Assembly: GCA_965287045.1 (NCBI GenBank)
Contig: OZ336880.1
Span: 43,524,001 to 43,588,000 of the forward strand
Origin: Carcharhinus amblyrhynchos
Taxonomy: Eukaryota
DNA: 64,000 bases
Direction of reading: 5' to 3'
Every line of letters starts with the position of its first letter. Position 1 is the first letter of the stretch. The notes under the pieces are model-generated. The model made no database searches. It saw only the letters and a program-made list of their open reading frames with translations, and had not been told where the DNA came from. A program made the position numbers and the translations under genes. Of the stretch, positions 25,501 through 37,623 are shown in pieces.

Positions 25501-25826
25501 TTTTGGGACATCCTCGGCCTCTTCCCTTACATGTACACTCTCCTTAACTTTAGACCTCGTAAGGTCACCTACCCTCACACCCTCCCCCCCCCTAATTAGT
25601 TTAAAGCCCTGTCTACAGTCCTCTTTACTCGATTCGCCAGCACTCTGGTCCCAGCACGGTTCAGACCAACCCCATCCCTCCCGAACAGGTCCCACCTACC
25701 CCAATACTGGTGCCAATGCCCCATAAATTCAAACCCATTCCTCCTACACCAATCCCTGAGCCACCCATTCACTTCCTTAATCCTGTCAACCCTACGCCCA
25801 TCTGCACACGGTTCAGGCAGTAGTCC
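22521..25826 (-). mobile_element. Young CR1 (HER1-like) LINE, 3.3 kb: end of ORF1 plus complete ORF2 with one frameshift
   Basis: ORF1 C-terminus (SGNH/esterase-like GLLPEP..NGWLRDWC..GLNRAGTRVLA, stop at 25596), APE domain and RT domain, (TAAGAACA)n tail. Candidate TSD ATGTT at 22516-22520 and 25827-25831. Confidence 0.97.
22622..25605 (-). pseudogene. CR1 ORF2 (APE endonuclease + reverse transcriptase), single 1-nt frameshift at ~24765
   Basis: APE motifs (LYLNARSIRNK, AITETWL, GVVYRPP, MGDFN, LDLVL, SDH) in frame 24739-25695 and RT in frame 22622-24808. Adding one G to GTG-GG-TCC restores EKVGSRTRVL. Confidence 0.9.
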
Positions 25827-25829
25827 ATG

Positions 25830-28800
25830 TTGCATGAGTTTAATATGGAAGAGGAGCCAGCTGAGGAACAACCAATAGGTGGCAAATGATTCTGAGGAAA
25901 ACACAAAGAAGGTTTATAGAAGCACCTCCCATATCAGTGGTAAGAGGCAGCACCTACCTAGAATGAGCATAGAATGATCATAAAATCATTACGGTGCAGA
26001 AGGCGGCCATTCAGCCCATCAAATCTGCATTGACAACAATTCCACTGAGGTTCTATCCCCGAAGCCCCACATATTTATCCTGCTAATCCCCTGATGCTAA
26101 GGGCCAATTTATCACCTAAAACACACCCCTCGGCACTCCTCTAGGTGAGAAAGGACAAGAAAAACCGCATTTGCAAAAGAAGCAGTAAAATGTTAAGGAG
26201 CTAGAAGAGAAGAACCCTCTCCCCCCACCACCTTCCCGCAGTGCTGAAACACTGGAAACAGCAGAAGGCCAAATGCCCCTCACTCTTGAAGCTCCTTGTG
26301 CAGTGAGACACTAAGCACACCCCAACTCTGGGAAGCTAAGAGGAGCAAAGTCCTCAAAGGGTCAATTGTGCTCTGAAGGTGGTGAATCTCCACCCTGATG
26401 AGCCCTGCATTGTAGCAAACAGGAAGTCTCGTGCCTGTGTGTGGGACAGTGTGGTGGACATTTGCCTCATCAGCTCGAATCAGGACAAAGCCTTAAAGTA
26501 TGGCTAACACAAGCATGATGGGTGTGCGCTGTAAAATGGAATTTGGGGACTGAATTTGCAATTTGATCTAACTGCCCGAAACAGAAGTCGAAAGCACAGC
26601 TTCTCAATGGGAATGAGAAAGTTATCCAATCAAATCTGGAGTCAGGCAGGGATGTCCTTTCTCTCCTGCTTCAATTGTATACTGTACTGAATTATTTGAC
26701 AGTCCATCAGTAAAGATGCAGACATAAAAGGGGTGACAATCCTAGGCAACAAAGGCAATCAGGTCAAAGCCTCCCTGCAGTGAGTGACCTTGCTGTCTTT
26801 GAAAAGGGTTAACATAGGAAACACATGATTCTGATAATAATGATGAAGTAACATCATATAACTGAGTAACAGAGGTCTGGGAAGAGAAGTTCCAATTTCG
26901 TGCAACATTCCCAATGTGTACATGGTAGCTGGAAAAATTAATGGCTTTAACAAATTATAGTCTCAAGTAGCTTACTTTGGGAGAATAGACGAACCCTAAA
27001 GAACACCATCTAGACCCTGAACACACGCCAAAATAGCCTTCTGCTCGTATCCACTGTCAGCCTGCAAACCGGTGAGCATTTTTACCCAGTTTGAACTGTA
27101 AGACAGACGAGGGAATTAGGCAAGATTACCTGATAGTGCTGGGGATATGGTTCAGAAAGGCAAAAACTACAATGAGTTTATAGTCATGAGTAAAACAAAA
27201 ACTGGAGTCGGGCGACATTTCATTTTCATTATGGGAGGGAAACTGGCCAACATCGCCTGCATGTCCCACCCACACCTCACTCCTGTACCCTGGTGGATAT
27301 GTGAGGCATTTTCTGCTTTATCTGAAGGTTGAAAATGGACCTGCCCACAAAATAGATACAATGTACAAACTTGCAGAAAAAAGGGGAGAAAAATATAACC
27401 AATGGCAGTCTCATCGTGATGGCCAACATTGTGCATCAAGTTACAGATAGAGGTTAATTTAAACAGCACTAATTTCTCCTTTCACCATCCATCTACAAAC
27501 AGAAAGGTGTTTTAATTGGCTTTCCCCCTTTATAAGGGGGAGGGGGGGATATTTCCAAACCCCTAGATTTTGGTGTGATGCAATTTATATTAATAACTCC
27601 ACAGCAAACTCAAGATAAGATGAACTAACTCAAAGGTTAGGTTATTTTCACACATTCAAAATGCAGGAGGGTCACAATATTGTCTCATGTGCACTTATAC
27701 CATAAAAACGATAGAGAAAAGATTTACAGAGCAAAGACTACAGAGAAAGGATTTTGGACCACAGTCCAGAATCAAAATCCAATGAGCTATTCCTTCACAA
27801 AGATCTGGGAGCTGAAAACTGATGCTGTTAATTCATTTTTCCAGTGATGTTAACTTCACACAATGAAGTGAGTGTGCAGAGCTGAATAAGTCTTTTGAGG
27901 GTGATGGTACAGAATTTCCAGTGGAAGCAGTGTATGGGAGCCGGGTGTCCAAATCTGGGCTGAGAGCTACTTTTCTGTGAGGTTGCTTATAGGATGGTCA
28001 TCGGCAGACTGAGCTGTGGCCATTGCCCACTGAGCTTCTGTGGTAGCTGCCCCAAGTTTTGAACCTTTGAAGGTGCCAGTCTGCAACACAAGGCAATGGT
28101 TATGCTAAATGACTCCCAATTTTCCACGTTTCTTTGGACAAAGGACATGTATCCCTCATCTGTGTCCCTGTGATTGTTCAATGTCTCAACCATTACGAGT
28201 TGAAAAGAAGGTTCCAGGATATTTTATCCTAACAGATGAGTAGACTCTGGTTGGCCAGCCTATGTTATGAAATGCAATTGGTGTCTGTATGGTGCTTTTT
28301 CAATTTAGTCCGTGCAGCCGACAATGTGTCGTTACTGACTCTTCAGAGATAATGAGGTGCAATGTTTCTTCGCTACTGCCAGGTAGCTCCTTTTGTTCAA
28401 GGGCCACATACAGACATAAATTCTGCCATTTTAAGGTCTTTAATCTTTTTTTTAAAGAGATAGCAATGAACATATTTATATCTGTTATAGAAAATATATG
28501 GAGTGCAGTCTCAGTCACCTCACACTGTACATTGACCACTTGGCACACAAACATCAAATATTGCTACTCGCTGAAATTTTAACTGCAGTTCTTGGATCTG
28601 GCCACATTGCCGCAGTTGAACATACTGTACCAGCTAACCCGCATAGAAATGTGTGGGAAAAGGAGATGGTTTCCTGAACAGACCGCAAAATGCCTCATCA
28701 CCACAGCAAAAAAAAGCACTAAGAGGTGACTTGACTGATGGTGTGAACGATCCTCCCTGTCAGAGCTATACTGCTTGTCTGGAATCTCAGTGGCTCCACA

Positions 28801-29415
28801 CAGTCCCTGTGAGGCAACTGCAATGGTGAAGAGACCATCATCCACCTTCTTCTGTAATGCAATTTTACAAAGGTTTGGAAAGAGATACAATGTTTTTGTC
28901 AAGGCTTATCCCAAATATCTCCATAATCAGGACTCTATAGGGTGTTCTCAGGGACATATACCAAGATAAACATTAACTACTACTGGAGATCAGTCTACTG
29001 AATGCAAAACGCTCCTTAATCTGCCAGAAATGTGATGGTCTTCTTGTGTAATGAATCATTGATGTTTGTGTGTTGAAGATTGGCACATTCCATGGTCCAG
29101 GACTAAACATCGAGGGATACTGTACAACTTGGGACAGCTGCCACGGAAGCTCAATGGGTAACAGCCACGGTTTAGGGGCCTTCCACCATAGTATACCGAG
29201 GGCTTGGAAACCATGTACAATGTCTTGAGCTGAATAGTTAGCATGAAATGAATGTTGTAAATATAACATGTAACTGTAAATGTAGAGAAGCATCTCAAGG
29301 TGCCAAATATTGTATGGAAAGAAATTGATCTAATTTTACACTTCATGTAGTGTTAAATTTGAACTGTTATGTAATGTACCTTTATAAATTTTATGAATTA
29401 AATACTTTTGGGAAA
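25830..29415 (+). mobile_element. Heavily degraded Tx1/L1-clade LINE, fragmented
   Basis: GVRQGCPFSP...IKGVTILG..QVKASL (26638-26778), DYLIVLGIWF (~27124), C-terminal CNGEETIIHLLL..VWKEIQ (~28818-28890) and a Tx1-like 3' UTR ending ~29415. Interrupted by unrelated sequence and an HE1 fragment. Confidence 0.65.
25970..26110 (-). mobile_element. HE1-type SINE 3' fragment
   Basis: ATAGAATGATCATAAAATCATTACGGTGCAGAAGGCGGCCATTCAGCCCATC..GCTAATCCCCTGATGCTAAGGG. Confidence 0.75.
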
Positions 29416-30383
29416 AGTAGTAATTAGGTTTGTATCATTTTTTTGAAGATGAAGTCATATGGACTCAAAACGGTAACTCTGTTTCGTTCTCCACAGATGC
29501 TGTCAGGCCTGCTGTGTTTTTCAACATTTTTGTATTTATCTCAGTTTCCAGCCACTGCAATATTTTATTTTTATTATGGGGATGGGGGATGGTTGCCGTG
29601 CCTGGCATTGTAGAAGGAAGAGTTCTTATACTCCACCAAAATATTTGTAACATGTTTTGGGATTCTTCTCTTGCACCAGCAGCCTTTACTGAACGAAGCA
29701 CTCACGGCTAATTCTCCATTCTGGCATGCTGTCAAAATTGCATTAGAATCCAATGTATGTCACAGATCCCCAATTAGTGGGACTCCAGTTTCATTCAGGC
29801 CAGAGACGTGGCCATCCATTAGAAAGCCTGGGGACAATTAGGTGGAATAAGGTGCTAGGTCCATCAACCCCTTTTTAACTCTGCTACTGCTGTCCTTCCA
29901 ATATGTAGAGGAGATTGAATCCTCCTCCAAAATCTACTGTAAATTCTATCCCAAACTCCTGTAAAGGAAATTAACTTGCATTAGATAGCACAAATTTATG
30001 CTGGAAGCTTTGATTTAGCATGCATGATCAACAATGTACTATGTAAAGTCGATCACCCATAGGTTGTAAGTATCAAGAATTTGGAATCAATCTCTAAATT
30101 ATCGTTAAAGCAATCTTGATTTGAGATCCACCCATCAGGTTAATTCAGGAGAAAAACTTACAATTGTTCACAATGTGCAGATTCAAGTAGATTCCAGCAG
30201 ACATACAGCCAAATGAAAATAATATCAAAATGGGCAAAACAGAAATTCTACATCTATGATGGTCAACTGCCTGCTCACAACCAGCAGAAAGCAGAACCTA
30301 AGGTTTCAGTAGCTGGATCATTCAGCTGGCACCTAAGAAGGCTTTTCATAAGCATGCTAGTTGCAGGGAGGGGTCTTTGGATA

Positions 30384-30683
30384 GCACGGTGGCACATTGG
30401 TTAGCATTGGTGCCAGTGATCCAGATTCAATTCTGGCCTCGGGTGACTATATGGAGTTTGCATGTTCTCCGTGTCTGCATGGATTTCCTCTGGGTACTCC
30501 AGTTTCCTAACACACTCCAAAGGTGTGCAAGTTAGGGTGACTGGCCATGGTAAATTGCCTCATAACTTCAGAGGGATTAGCAGGGTAAATATGTGGGGTT
30601 AGGGGGATAGGATCTGGGTGGATTATAGTCAGTGCAGACTTGATGGGCCGAATGGCCTCTTTCTGCACTGTAGGAATTCTATT
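30384..30683 (+). mobile_element. HE1-type SINE, full length
   Basis: GCACGGTGGCACATTGGTTAGCA head, GGAGTTTGCATGTTCTCC core, GGGCCGAATGGCCTCTTTCTGCACTGTAGGAATTCTA tail. Confidence 0.9.
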
Positions 30684-30829
30684 GTTTTGGAGGAGAGAAT
30701 GTGGGGAACCAGGGCAGGAAATGACCCAACTTTCCACATGGGACACAGAAAAGCACTTCTGCAAAACCCTTTCACTTGGGAGACCTTCTTTAGCCTCCCT
30801 GGCTAAAATACAATTGGGGTGACATTGAC

Positions 30830-31470
30830 ATCATAGACTAAGATCTTGTATTCATGTAATGCTTTTGAGATAATGAAGTATTGCAAGGAACTTACAGGAG
30901 TTCTGCAAAATAAAATTTCTTTCTGAGCTCCTTAAGATGATATGAGAGCAGCTGACTAAGATAGGTTTTAAGGAGAAAAAAAAGTAGAGAGACATAGAGG
31001 TTCAGGGAAAGAATTCCAGAGCTTAGACAGCTGAAGGCATAGCCATAAATGGTGGAGAAAATAAAATCAGGGAAGTTCAAAAGATCAGAATTAGGTGACT
31101 GCAGAGGACTGTAAAGCTAGGAAATAGGGAAGCGCAAAGCAAAATAGCATAAGAATTTTAAAATTGAGCCATTTCTTGACTAGGAGCCAATACAATACAA
31201 AGACTTGGTGTAAATAAGGACATGGGCAGCAGTGTTTTGGATTACCTCAATTTTACAGAGAGTAGAAATGGGAAATTAGCCGGGAGTGCATTGTAATAGT
31301 CTGGTCTAGAGATAACAAAGGCATGGATGGAGCTTTCAGCAGCAGACAAGCTAAAGAAAAGGCTAAGTTAGGTGTGTTATGGTGGTGGAAATATGCGGTC
31401 TGAGTGAAGAAACGGTCATGTGATCGTGAGTTTGGAGTCAAATATGACACCAATGCTGTGAAGAGTCTGG
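30830..31470 (-). mobile_element. Old L2-like LINE fragment
   Basis: Purine-rich plus strand with GGGAAAGAATTCCAGAGCTTAG..GCTGAAGGCA and GTAATAGTCTGGTCTAGAGATAACAAAGGCATGGAT (minus: HAFVISRPDYYN, cf. L2 HAFVTSRLDY.N). Confidence 0.65.
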
Positions 31471-32300
31471 CAAATGAAGTATTACGTGGGAAAACGTGAA
31501 ATTATCCATTTTGGCAGGAAGAATAAAAGAGAAGCATATTATCTAAATGTTAAGACACTGCAGAGCTCTGAGATGCAGAAAGATCTGGGTGTCCTAGTGC
31601 ACAAGTTGCAAAAGGCTAGTATGCAGGTACAGCAAATAATTAAGAAAGCTATAATGTTATAATTTACTGCAAGGGGAATTGATTACAAAAGTAGCGAGGT
31701 TATGCTTTAGTTATTTAAAACACTAGTGAGATCACATCTGGAGAACCGTGTACAGTATTGGTCATCTTATTTAAGGAAGCATGTAAATGCTTTGGAAGCT
31801 GTTCAGAGAGGGCTTACCTGACTAATACCCAAAATGGTCGAGTTGTCTTGAGGAAAGATTGGACAGGTTAGGCTCGTATTCATTGGAGTCTCGATGAGTA
31901 AGAAGCAACTTGATTGAAACATGCAAGATCCTCAGGGATCGTGACAGGGTGGAAATGGAGAGGATGTTTCCTCTTGTTGGAGAATCTAGAATTAGGGGTC
32001 ACTGTTGAAAAATAAGGGATCATCTAATTAAAAATGGGGAGGAGATTTTTTTTTCTCAGAGGGCCATGAGTCTTTTGAAACTCTCTTCCTGAGGGTATCA
32101 AAGGCGGTGTAAACAGAGTATTTAAATACTTTTTAAGGCAGAGCTGGATATATTTTTGGTACATAGGTTGTGATAGATTATCAGGGGAAGTGGGAAGCAG
32201 ATTTAAAATTATTATTAGATCAGCCATGATCCTATTAAGTGGCAAATCAGACTCACGGGCCTGAATGGATTACTCCTGCTCCTTGTTCATATGTTTGTAC
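31471..32300 (+). mobile_element. Old CR1 LINE 3' fragment
   Basis: MKYYVGKREIIHFGRKN..QKDLGVLVH ORF remnant with multiple stops; 3' UTR AGATCAGCCATGATC..TACTCCTGCTCCT. Confidence 0.88.
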
Positions 32301-33646
32301 GTTTTAGTTTTTACATGTTATAAATTTTACTTCCTCGGTGGATAGAACCGTTGGATAGAGAATCAAGATGGTCATCTCAAAGTGATTGGGGGAAAACCTG
32401 TCCAATTTAATTAGCTACTTATGGTAGTTGCTGGTCACTGATTGGCAGCTTGTGAGTGAAGTTGTGTTTGAAGGGATTTTTTAAAATAAAGATTATTAAT
32501 TTTTGAATGCTTTCATTATGGTCAACAGCTGCAAATCATTGTCTAATGTTGCCCTATGAATATTAATGGGCTATGGAGACTTTTGAGGCAAAATATAGAG
32601 TTTTAAAATTATATAGGTTTCCCTCAATTTGCATTAAGGTTCTTATAATCTAATTTGAATCTGGCTTCAATGATGAACTGTAAATAAAAGACAATAGGAA
32701 ATCCAGATCAGGATTCATCACAAGTTCAAAATGCTTCTGGAACATAAGTTGCACTATTTGTTTAAAAAAAAAGAAAAAAGAAACCAATACTTGAATTCTA
32801 CAATAAAAGCAAAAAGTGCTAGAATTACTCTGGTCAAAATAAAATATTTGGTGAAGAGTTTTAAACAAAATGTTAATCTACCAGTCATTCAAATACTGGC
32901 CACTTGATGCACACTTCCAGCATTTTTGTTTTTATTTCAAATATTTATGCAGTTCTTATGAATTTTAATGAATACAGTTTAAAAAGTATAAACCCTTTTG
33001 TATCAAAACTTGCCTGAACAAATATTAAATGCTTTGAACAGTGGTAAACACTAAATAATATCAGACTTTGGTAGATATACAAATAATATTTAAATGCCTA
33101 GAAAGCAGTTTCTATAAATTGTCTACTTATTGATTATGTGACACTAACACAAAATGCAGACTGAAAGAATAGCTTCATAAATAATTACAAAAGCTAGTAA
33201 TGATAAATGATAAATATTTAAACTTCAACCTATAACTTATACAAAATAATGAAAAAGGGATTTTCAACATTTTACTATTCTGGGCCCTTCAATGGCAGGG
33301 CATGTGCAGGACCAGCATAAAGGATTATTTACCAATGCCAGACAAAATACTGTGGCACCTATCAGTCTTCCTATGAATTTCAGTCTTGATCCTCTATTGT
33401 CCAAGTGTGAGTACAATAATTTGTACTTATAAAGTGTCTTTAACAAAGTAATACACTTTACAAATAAAAATCAGTTTCAAATATGTCCAGCCATTATTAA
33501 TCTTGTCCACAAAGAAGCATTCAACATTGTCACTGTCCTAATCAGGTTTCATGATGTGGAGATGCCGGCGTTGGACTGGGGTAAACACAGTAAGAAGTCT
33601 CACAACACCAGGTTAAAATCCAACAGGTTTATTTGGTAGCAAAAGC

Positions 33647-33681
33647 CACTAGCTTTCGGAGCGCTGCTCCTTCGTCAGGTA
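33647..33681 (-). ncRNA. Minimal type I hammerhead ribozyme motif
   Basis: Minus strand reads UAC-CUGACGA-A-GGAGC-AGC-GCUCC-GAAA-GC-UA-GUG: core boxes, 5-bp stem II, palindromic AGCU stem III and 3-bp stem I. Confidence 0.7.
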
Positions 33682-34626
33682 AGTGGGAGTTCGGTTCACA
33701 AACAGGGCACAAAAAGACACAAACTCAATTTACAAAATAATGGTTGGAATGCAAGTCTTTACAGGTAATCAAATCTTAAAGGTACAGACAGTGAGAGTGG
33801 GAAGAGGGTAAAGCACAGGTTAAAGAGATGTGTATTGTCTCCAGACAGGACAGTTAGTGAGATTTTGCAAGCTCAGACAACTTGTGGGGGTTACCGATAG
33901 TGTGACATGAACCCAAGATCCTGGTTGAGGTCGTTCTCATGTGTGCAGAATGTCTATCAGTCTCTGCTCAGCGACTCTGCATTGTCGTGTGTTGTGAAGG
34001 TCGCCTTGGAGAACGCTTACCCGGAGATCAGAGGCTGAATGCCTGTGACCTCTGAAGTGTTCCCCAACAGGGAGAACACTTGCCTGGTGATTGTCAAGCG
34101 GTGTTCATTCATCCATTGTCATAGCATCTGCATGGTCTCCCCAATGTACCATGCCAAGGTACATTGGGGAGACCATGCAGACACTACAACAATGGATGAA
34201 TGAACATGCCCAACAATCACCAGACAAGCGTTGTCTTCCTGTTGAGGAACACTTCAGCAGTCACGGGCATTTGGCCTCTGATCTTCAGATAGCATTCTCC
34301 AAGGCGGCCTTCACGACACACAACAATGCAGAGTCGCCGATCAGAGACTGATAGCCAAGTTCCGCACACGAGGACGACCTCAACCGGGATCTTGAGTTCA
34401 TGTCACACCATCTGTAACCCCTACGACTTGCCTGGGCTTGCAAAATCTTGCTAAATGTCCTGGCTGGAGACAATACCTATCTATTTAACCTGTGCTTAAC
34501 CCTCTCTCCACTCACATTGTCTGTACTTTTAAGACTTGATCACTTGTAAAGATTCGCATTCCAACCATTATTTTGAAAACTGAGTTTGTGTCTTTATATG
34601 CTCTGTTTGTAAACAGAACTCCCACT

Positions 34627-34661
34627 TACCTGATGAAGGAGCAGCACTCTGAAAGCTAGTG
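34627..34661 (+). ncRNA. Minimal type I hammerhead ribozyme motif (second arm, weaker stem II)
   Basis: UAC-CUGAUGA-A-GGAG-CAGCA-CUCU-GAAA-GC-UA-GUG. Confidence 0.6.
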
Positions 34662-35611
34662 GCTTTTGCTACCAAATAAATCTGTTGGACTTTAACCTGG
34701 TGTTGTGAGACCACTTACTCTAATTAGGTTTCACCAACCTTCATATAGTTAACAACTTTAACAGAGAGAAAAAAAAACTATGGGATGGGCAAAACAAAAT
34801 AGCAAAATGCATAGATTATTCTTGAAGCATCACTTAACACAGCATGGTCAAAAGGTTAAGCCAGTAAGCTGCCCATGGTAGCAGGGCAACACATTACCCC
34901 ACTTTATTAATGGTCACTTCATGAAGCTGCTTTAGTGGAACTTGCAGACAAGCCTGGGATATCAGATGTTGCTGATACCCAACTAGGTCTTATCAATTAT
35001 TATGTACACTATTGTCAAGAACTATATTTGAATGGCACAACTGATGCAGATTTTCGTGAGTGCTGGATTTCACTCCTCCCCAGTATTTGTAAAAAGTTTG
35101 CTTGTTCTCAAACAGTGTCCACATTTTGGTGGAAACATAATATTAGTGATAAAATTTATTTTAGGTAACATCTTTATAACATTTGTAACCCACTTAAATC
35201 ATTTACAATGCAGCAGCGTAAAAATTAAAACATATAAATTGGAAACTTGTTACCATGTAAAAGATGATTGGCATGTGCTGGGCTGACAATATTCAGTGTG
35301 CTGAGCAATGCAAATCTAAATAATTGGAACATTTTATGCTTGGATCAGGACAGTACATTTAAATGCTATATTCTGCCTGGATCAGGAATATCATGCAAAA
35401 CTGAAGAGGAGGCTATGGTAACATTATAACTCTAAGGTGGGATATGACTGTATTTGAATTTTGACAAAATGCTTTCACAAAATCTTCAAAAAGGTTATGA
35501 TATGGAACTTCAGCAGAACAGCATCATTGTTCAGGCACTAAACAGCCGTCAGCACAACTGGCAGGGAGCAGGCATTCATTATTAGATAGAAGGGTGCAAT
35601 GCACCACAAAA

Positions 35612-36411
35612 CACTTTGGTAGGAATAATGGTAGGAAGGATTATTACTTACGTGGAGAAAAACTGCAGCAGGTGACGGTGCAGAGGGACCTCGGGGTCCT
35701 TGTGCATGAGTCGCAAAAACCCAGCTTGCAGGTGCAGCAGGTGGTCAGGAAGGCGAATGGGATGCTGGCCTTCATAGCGAGGGGGATTGAATATAAAAGT
35801 AGGGAGGTCTTGCTGCGGCTATATAGGGCATTGGTGAGGCCGCAGCTGGAGTACTGTGTGCAGTTTTGGGCGCCGTACTTACGCAAGGGTATTTTGGCCT
35901 TGGAGGGAGTGCAGAGGAGGTTTACTAGGCTGATGCCGGAGTTGAGGGGGTTGAGCTATGAGGAGAGGCTGAATAAACTAGGCTTGTACTCGTTAGAGTT
36001 TAGAAGAATGAGGGGAGATCTCATTGAGACATATAAGATGATGAATGGGATGGATAGGATAGAGGTGGAGAGACTCTTCCCGCTCAGAAAGGACAGTAGG
36101 ACTAGGGGGCACAGCCTCAAAATAAAGGGGGGGGGGGGCGGTTTAGAACGGAGTTGAGGAGGAACTTCTTCACTCAAAGGGTGGTGAATCTCTGGAATTC
36201 TCTGCCCGTTGAAGTGGTGGAGGCTACCTCGCTAAATGTTTTTAAGACGCGGGTTGATGGGTTTTTGATAAGAGAGGGGATTAAGGGTTATGGGGAGAGG
36301 GCGGGAATGTGGAACTGAGCCACAACAGATCAGCCATGATCTTATTGAATGGCAGGGCAGGCTCGAGGGGCCAGATGGCCTACTCCGGCTCCTATTTCTT
36401 ATGTTCTTATG
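35612..36411 (+). mobile_element. Young CR1 LINE 3' fragment
   Basis: HFGRNNGRKDYYL..QRDLGVLVH..RTRGHSLKIK. Frameshift in the poly-G run at ~36126-36138; family 3' UTR and TTCTTATG tail. Confidence 0.96.
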
Positions 36412-36601
36412 ATAAAAGCCAAGAAATCGGCCTACAGAGTATCTGCCTGAAAGACATTAAACTTGTGGTGTTTTGAGATTTCTGTTGCAAGACTGGCTTT
36501 CCCTGAGCAAGCTGGTTCTAACACCCTCTGCCCTGTTTCTAAATTTCTAGGCCCATATCCTAAAAGATATCAGCTGATACCACACGGTTATCAGAAGAAA
36601 T

Positions 36602-37100
36602 AGGGCATGATTTTGCTTGAGGTTGGGGCGCCAACATGGGGGGGTCAAATGGGGTGACAACTTGATGTTTGTGGGGAACAGTCAGCTGACAATGATTTTC
36701 TCCAAATTGGTCAATTCGTGATGAGGGCAGTTGCGCTGTCCTTGGGCTCTCTTGGCTGGAGGCTTAAAAGGAGGCCCTCCAGCACTGAAGAAGCAGCAGG
36801 CTGCCTAGAGAAAGAACACCTCAAGATAGAGGTGCCTCTCTCCAACTTTTTACGTTTTTAAATTTTGAAAATGTCGTCAGTAGCTGGATCAGCATTGTGG
36901 AGGGAGACATCTTTAAAACCTGCATAGAACACTCCCCCAATTACGATCTGCTGCTGAGATGCTTCCTCCAGGCAGCTGGCCTAGTTCCCCCTGCCCCCCA
37001 GTGTACCTCCATCCAGGGAATAGTATGGTACCGGTGGTACTGGCAAAGCAGCGAATCAGCTGACAGCGTGAGTTTTCTCTATGGGGGCTAAAAGTCCTGC
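36602..37100. mobile_element. Probable non-autonomous Harbinger-type MITE
   Basis: GC-richer island bounded by GGGCATGATTTT ... AAAAGTCCTGC imperfect terminal inverted repeats. Confidence 0.4.
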
Positions 37101-37623
37101 TGATAGTTTGAAGCCTTAATTTTGCACATAGTTTTCAGCTTGGGCAGGCTGAAAAGAAAAATGGAAATATAGGACACGATATTTTTTGACAAGACAGCAG
37201 AGTGGAAAAACGTGTTTTAGTTAAAATATTATTTTACATTTGAAAACTTTCTATATCAAACACATTGTAAAACAAGGACTCCCAAGCAATTTATAATTGT
37301 TTACTGCACGCCACAGTGGATCTTTGTTTATTCTTCCATTCCTAGTAAACCATTACCTGATCAGCAGATTGGGTATTGAAAAATCCTGGACAGCAGATAC
37401 AGTTGGAAGTGAAGGATGAACTTGCTCTAACGAAAAACAAGTAGTTTTACTAATTTAAAACACAAAAACACAAATAGGACATATTGTTGGGAATTGGAAC
37501 AAGTTTGTAAAAATGCAATGAAATTATCTCCTTGGCGGTAAGTTGCAAAAACCAGTCTAAATTGGAAAATGAAATGAAATAAAATTAAATGAAAAATTCA
37601 CATACAAAATCACTTACAAGAAT

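Larger units (their letters stand above)
33552..34719. mobile_element. Penelope-like retroelement, inverted (palindromic) insertion with 14-bp TSD
   Basis: Arms ~33590-34150 and 34158-34719 are reverse complements around a 7-nt spacer. GIY-YIG remnant YIGETMQTLQQWMNEH. TSD CTAATCAGGTTTCA (33538-33551) / CTAATTAGGTTTCA (34720-34733). Confidence 0.9.

Noticed and set aside
28579-28902. Minus-strand ORF with an hAT-like LFPNL motif
   Set aside because: The plus strand matches the Tx1 ORF2 C-terminal CCHC-type region better.
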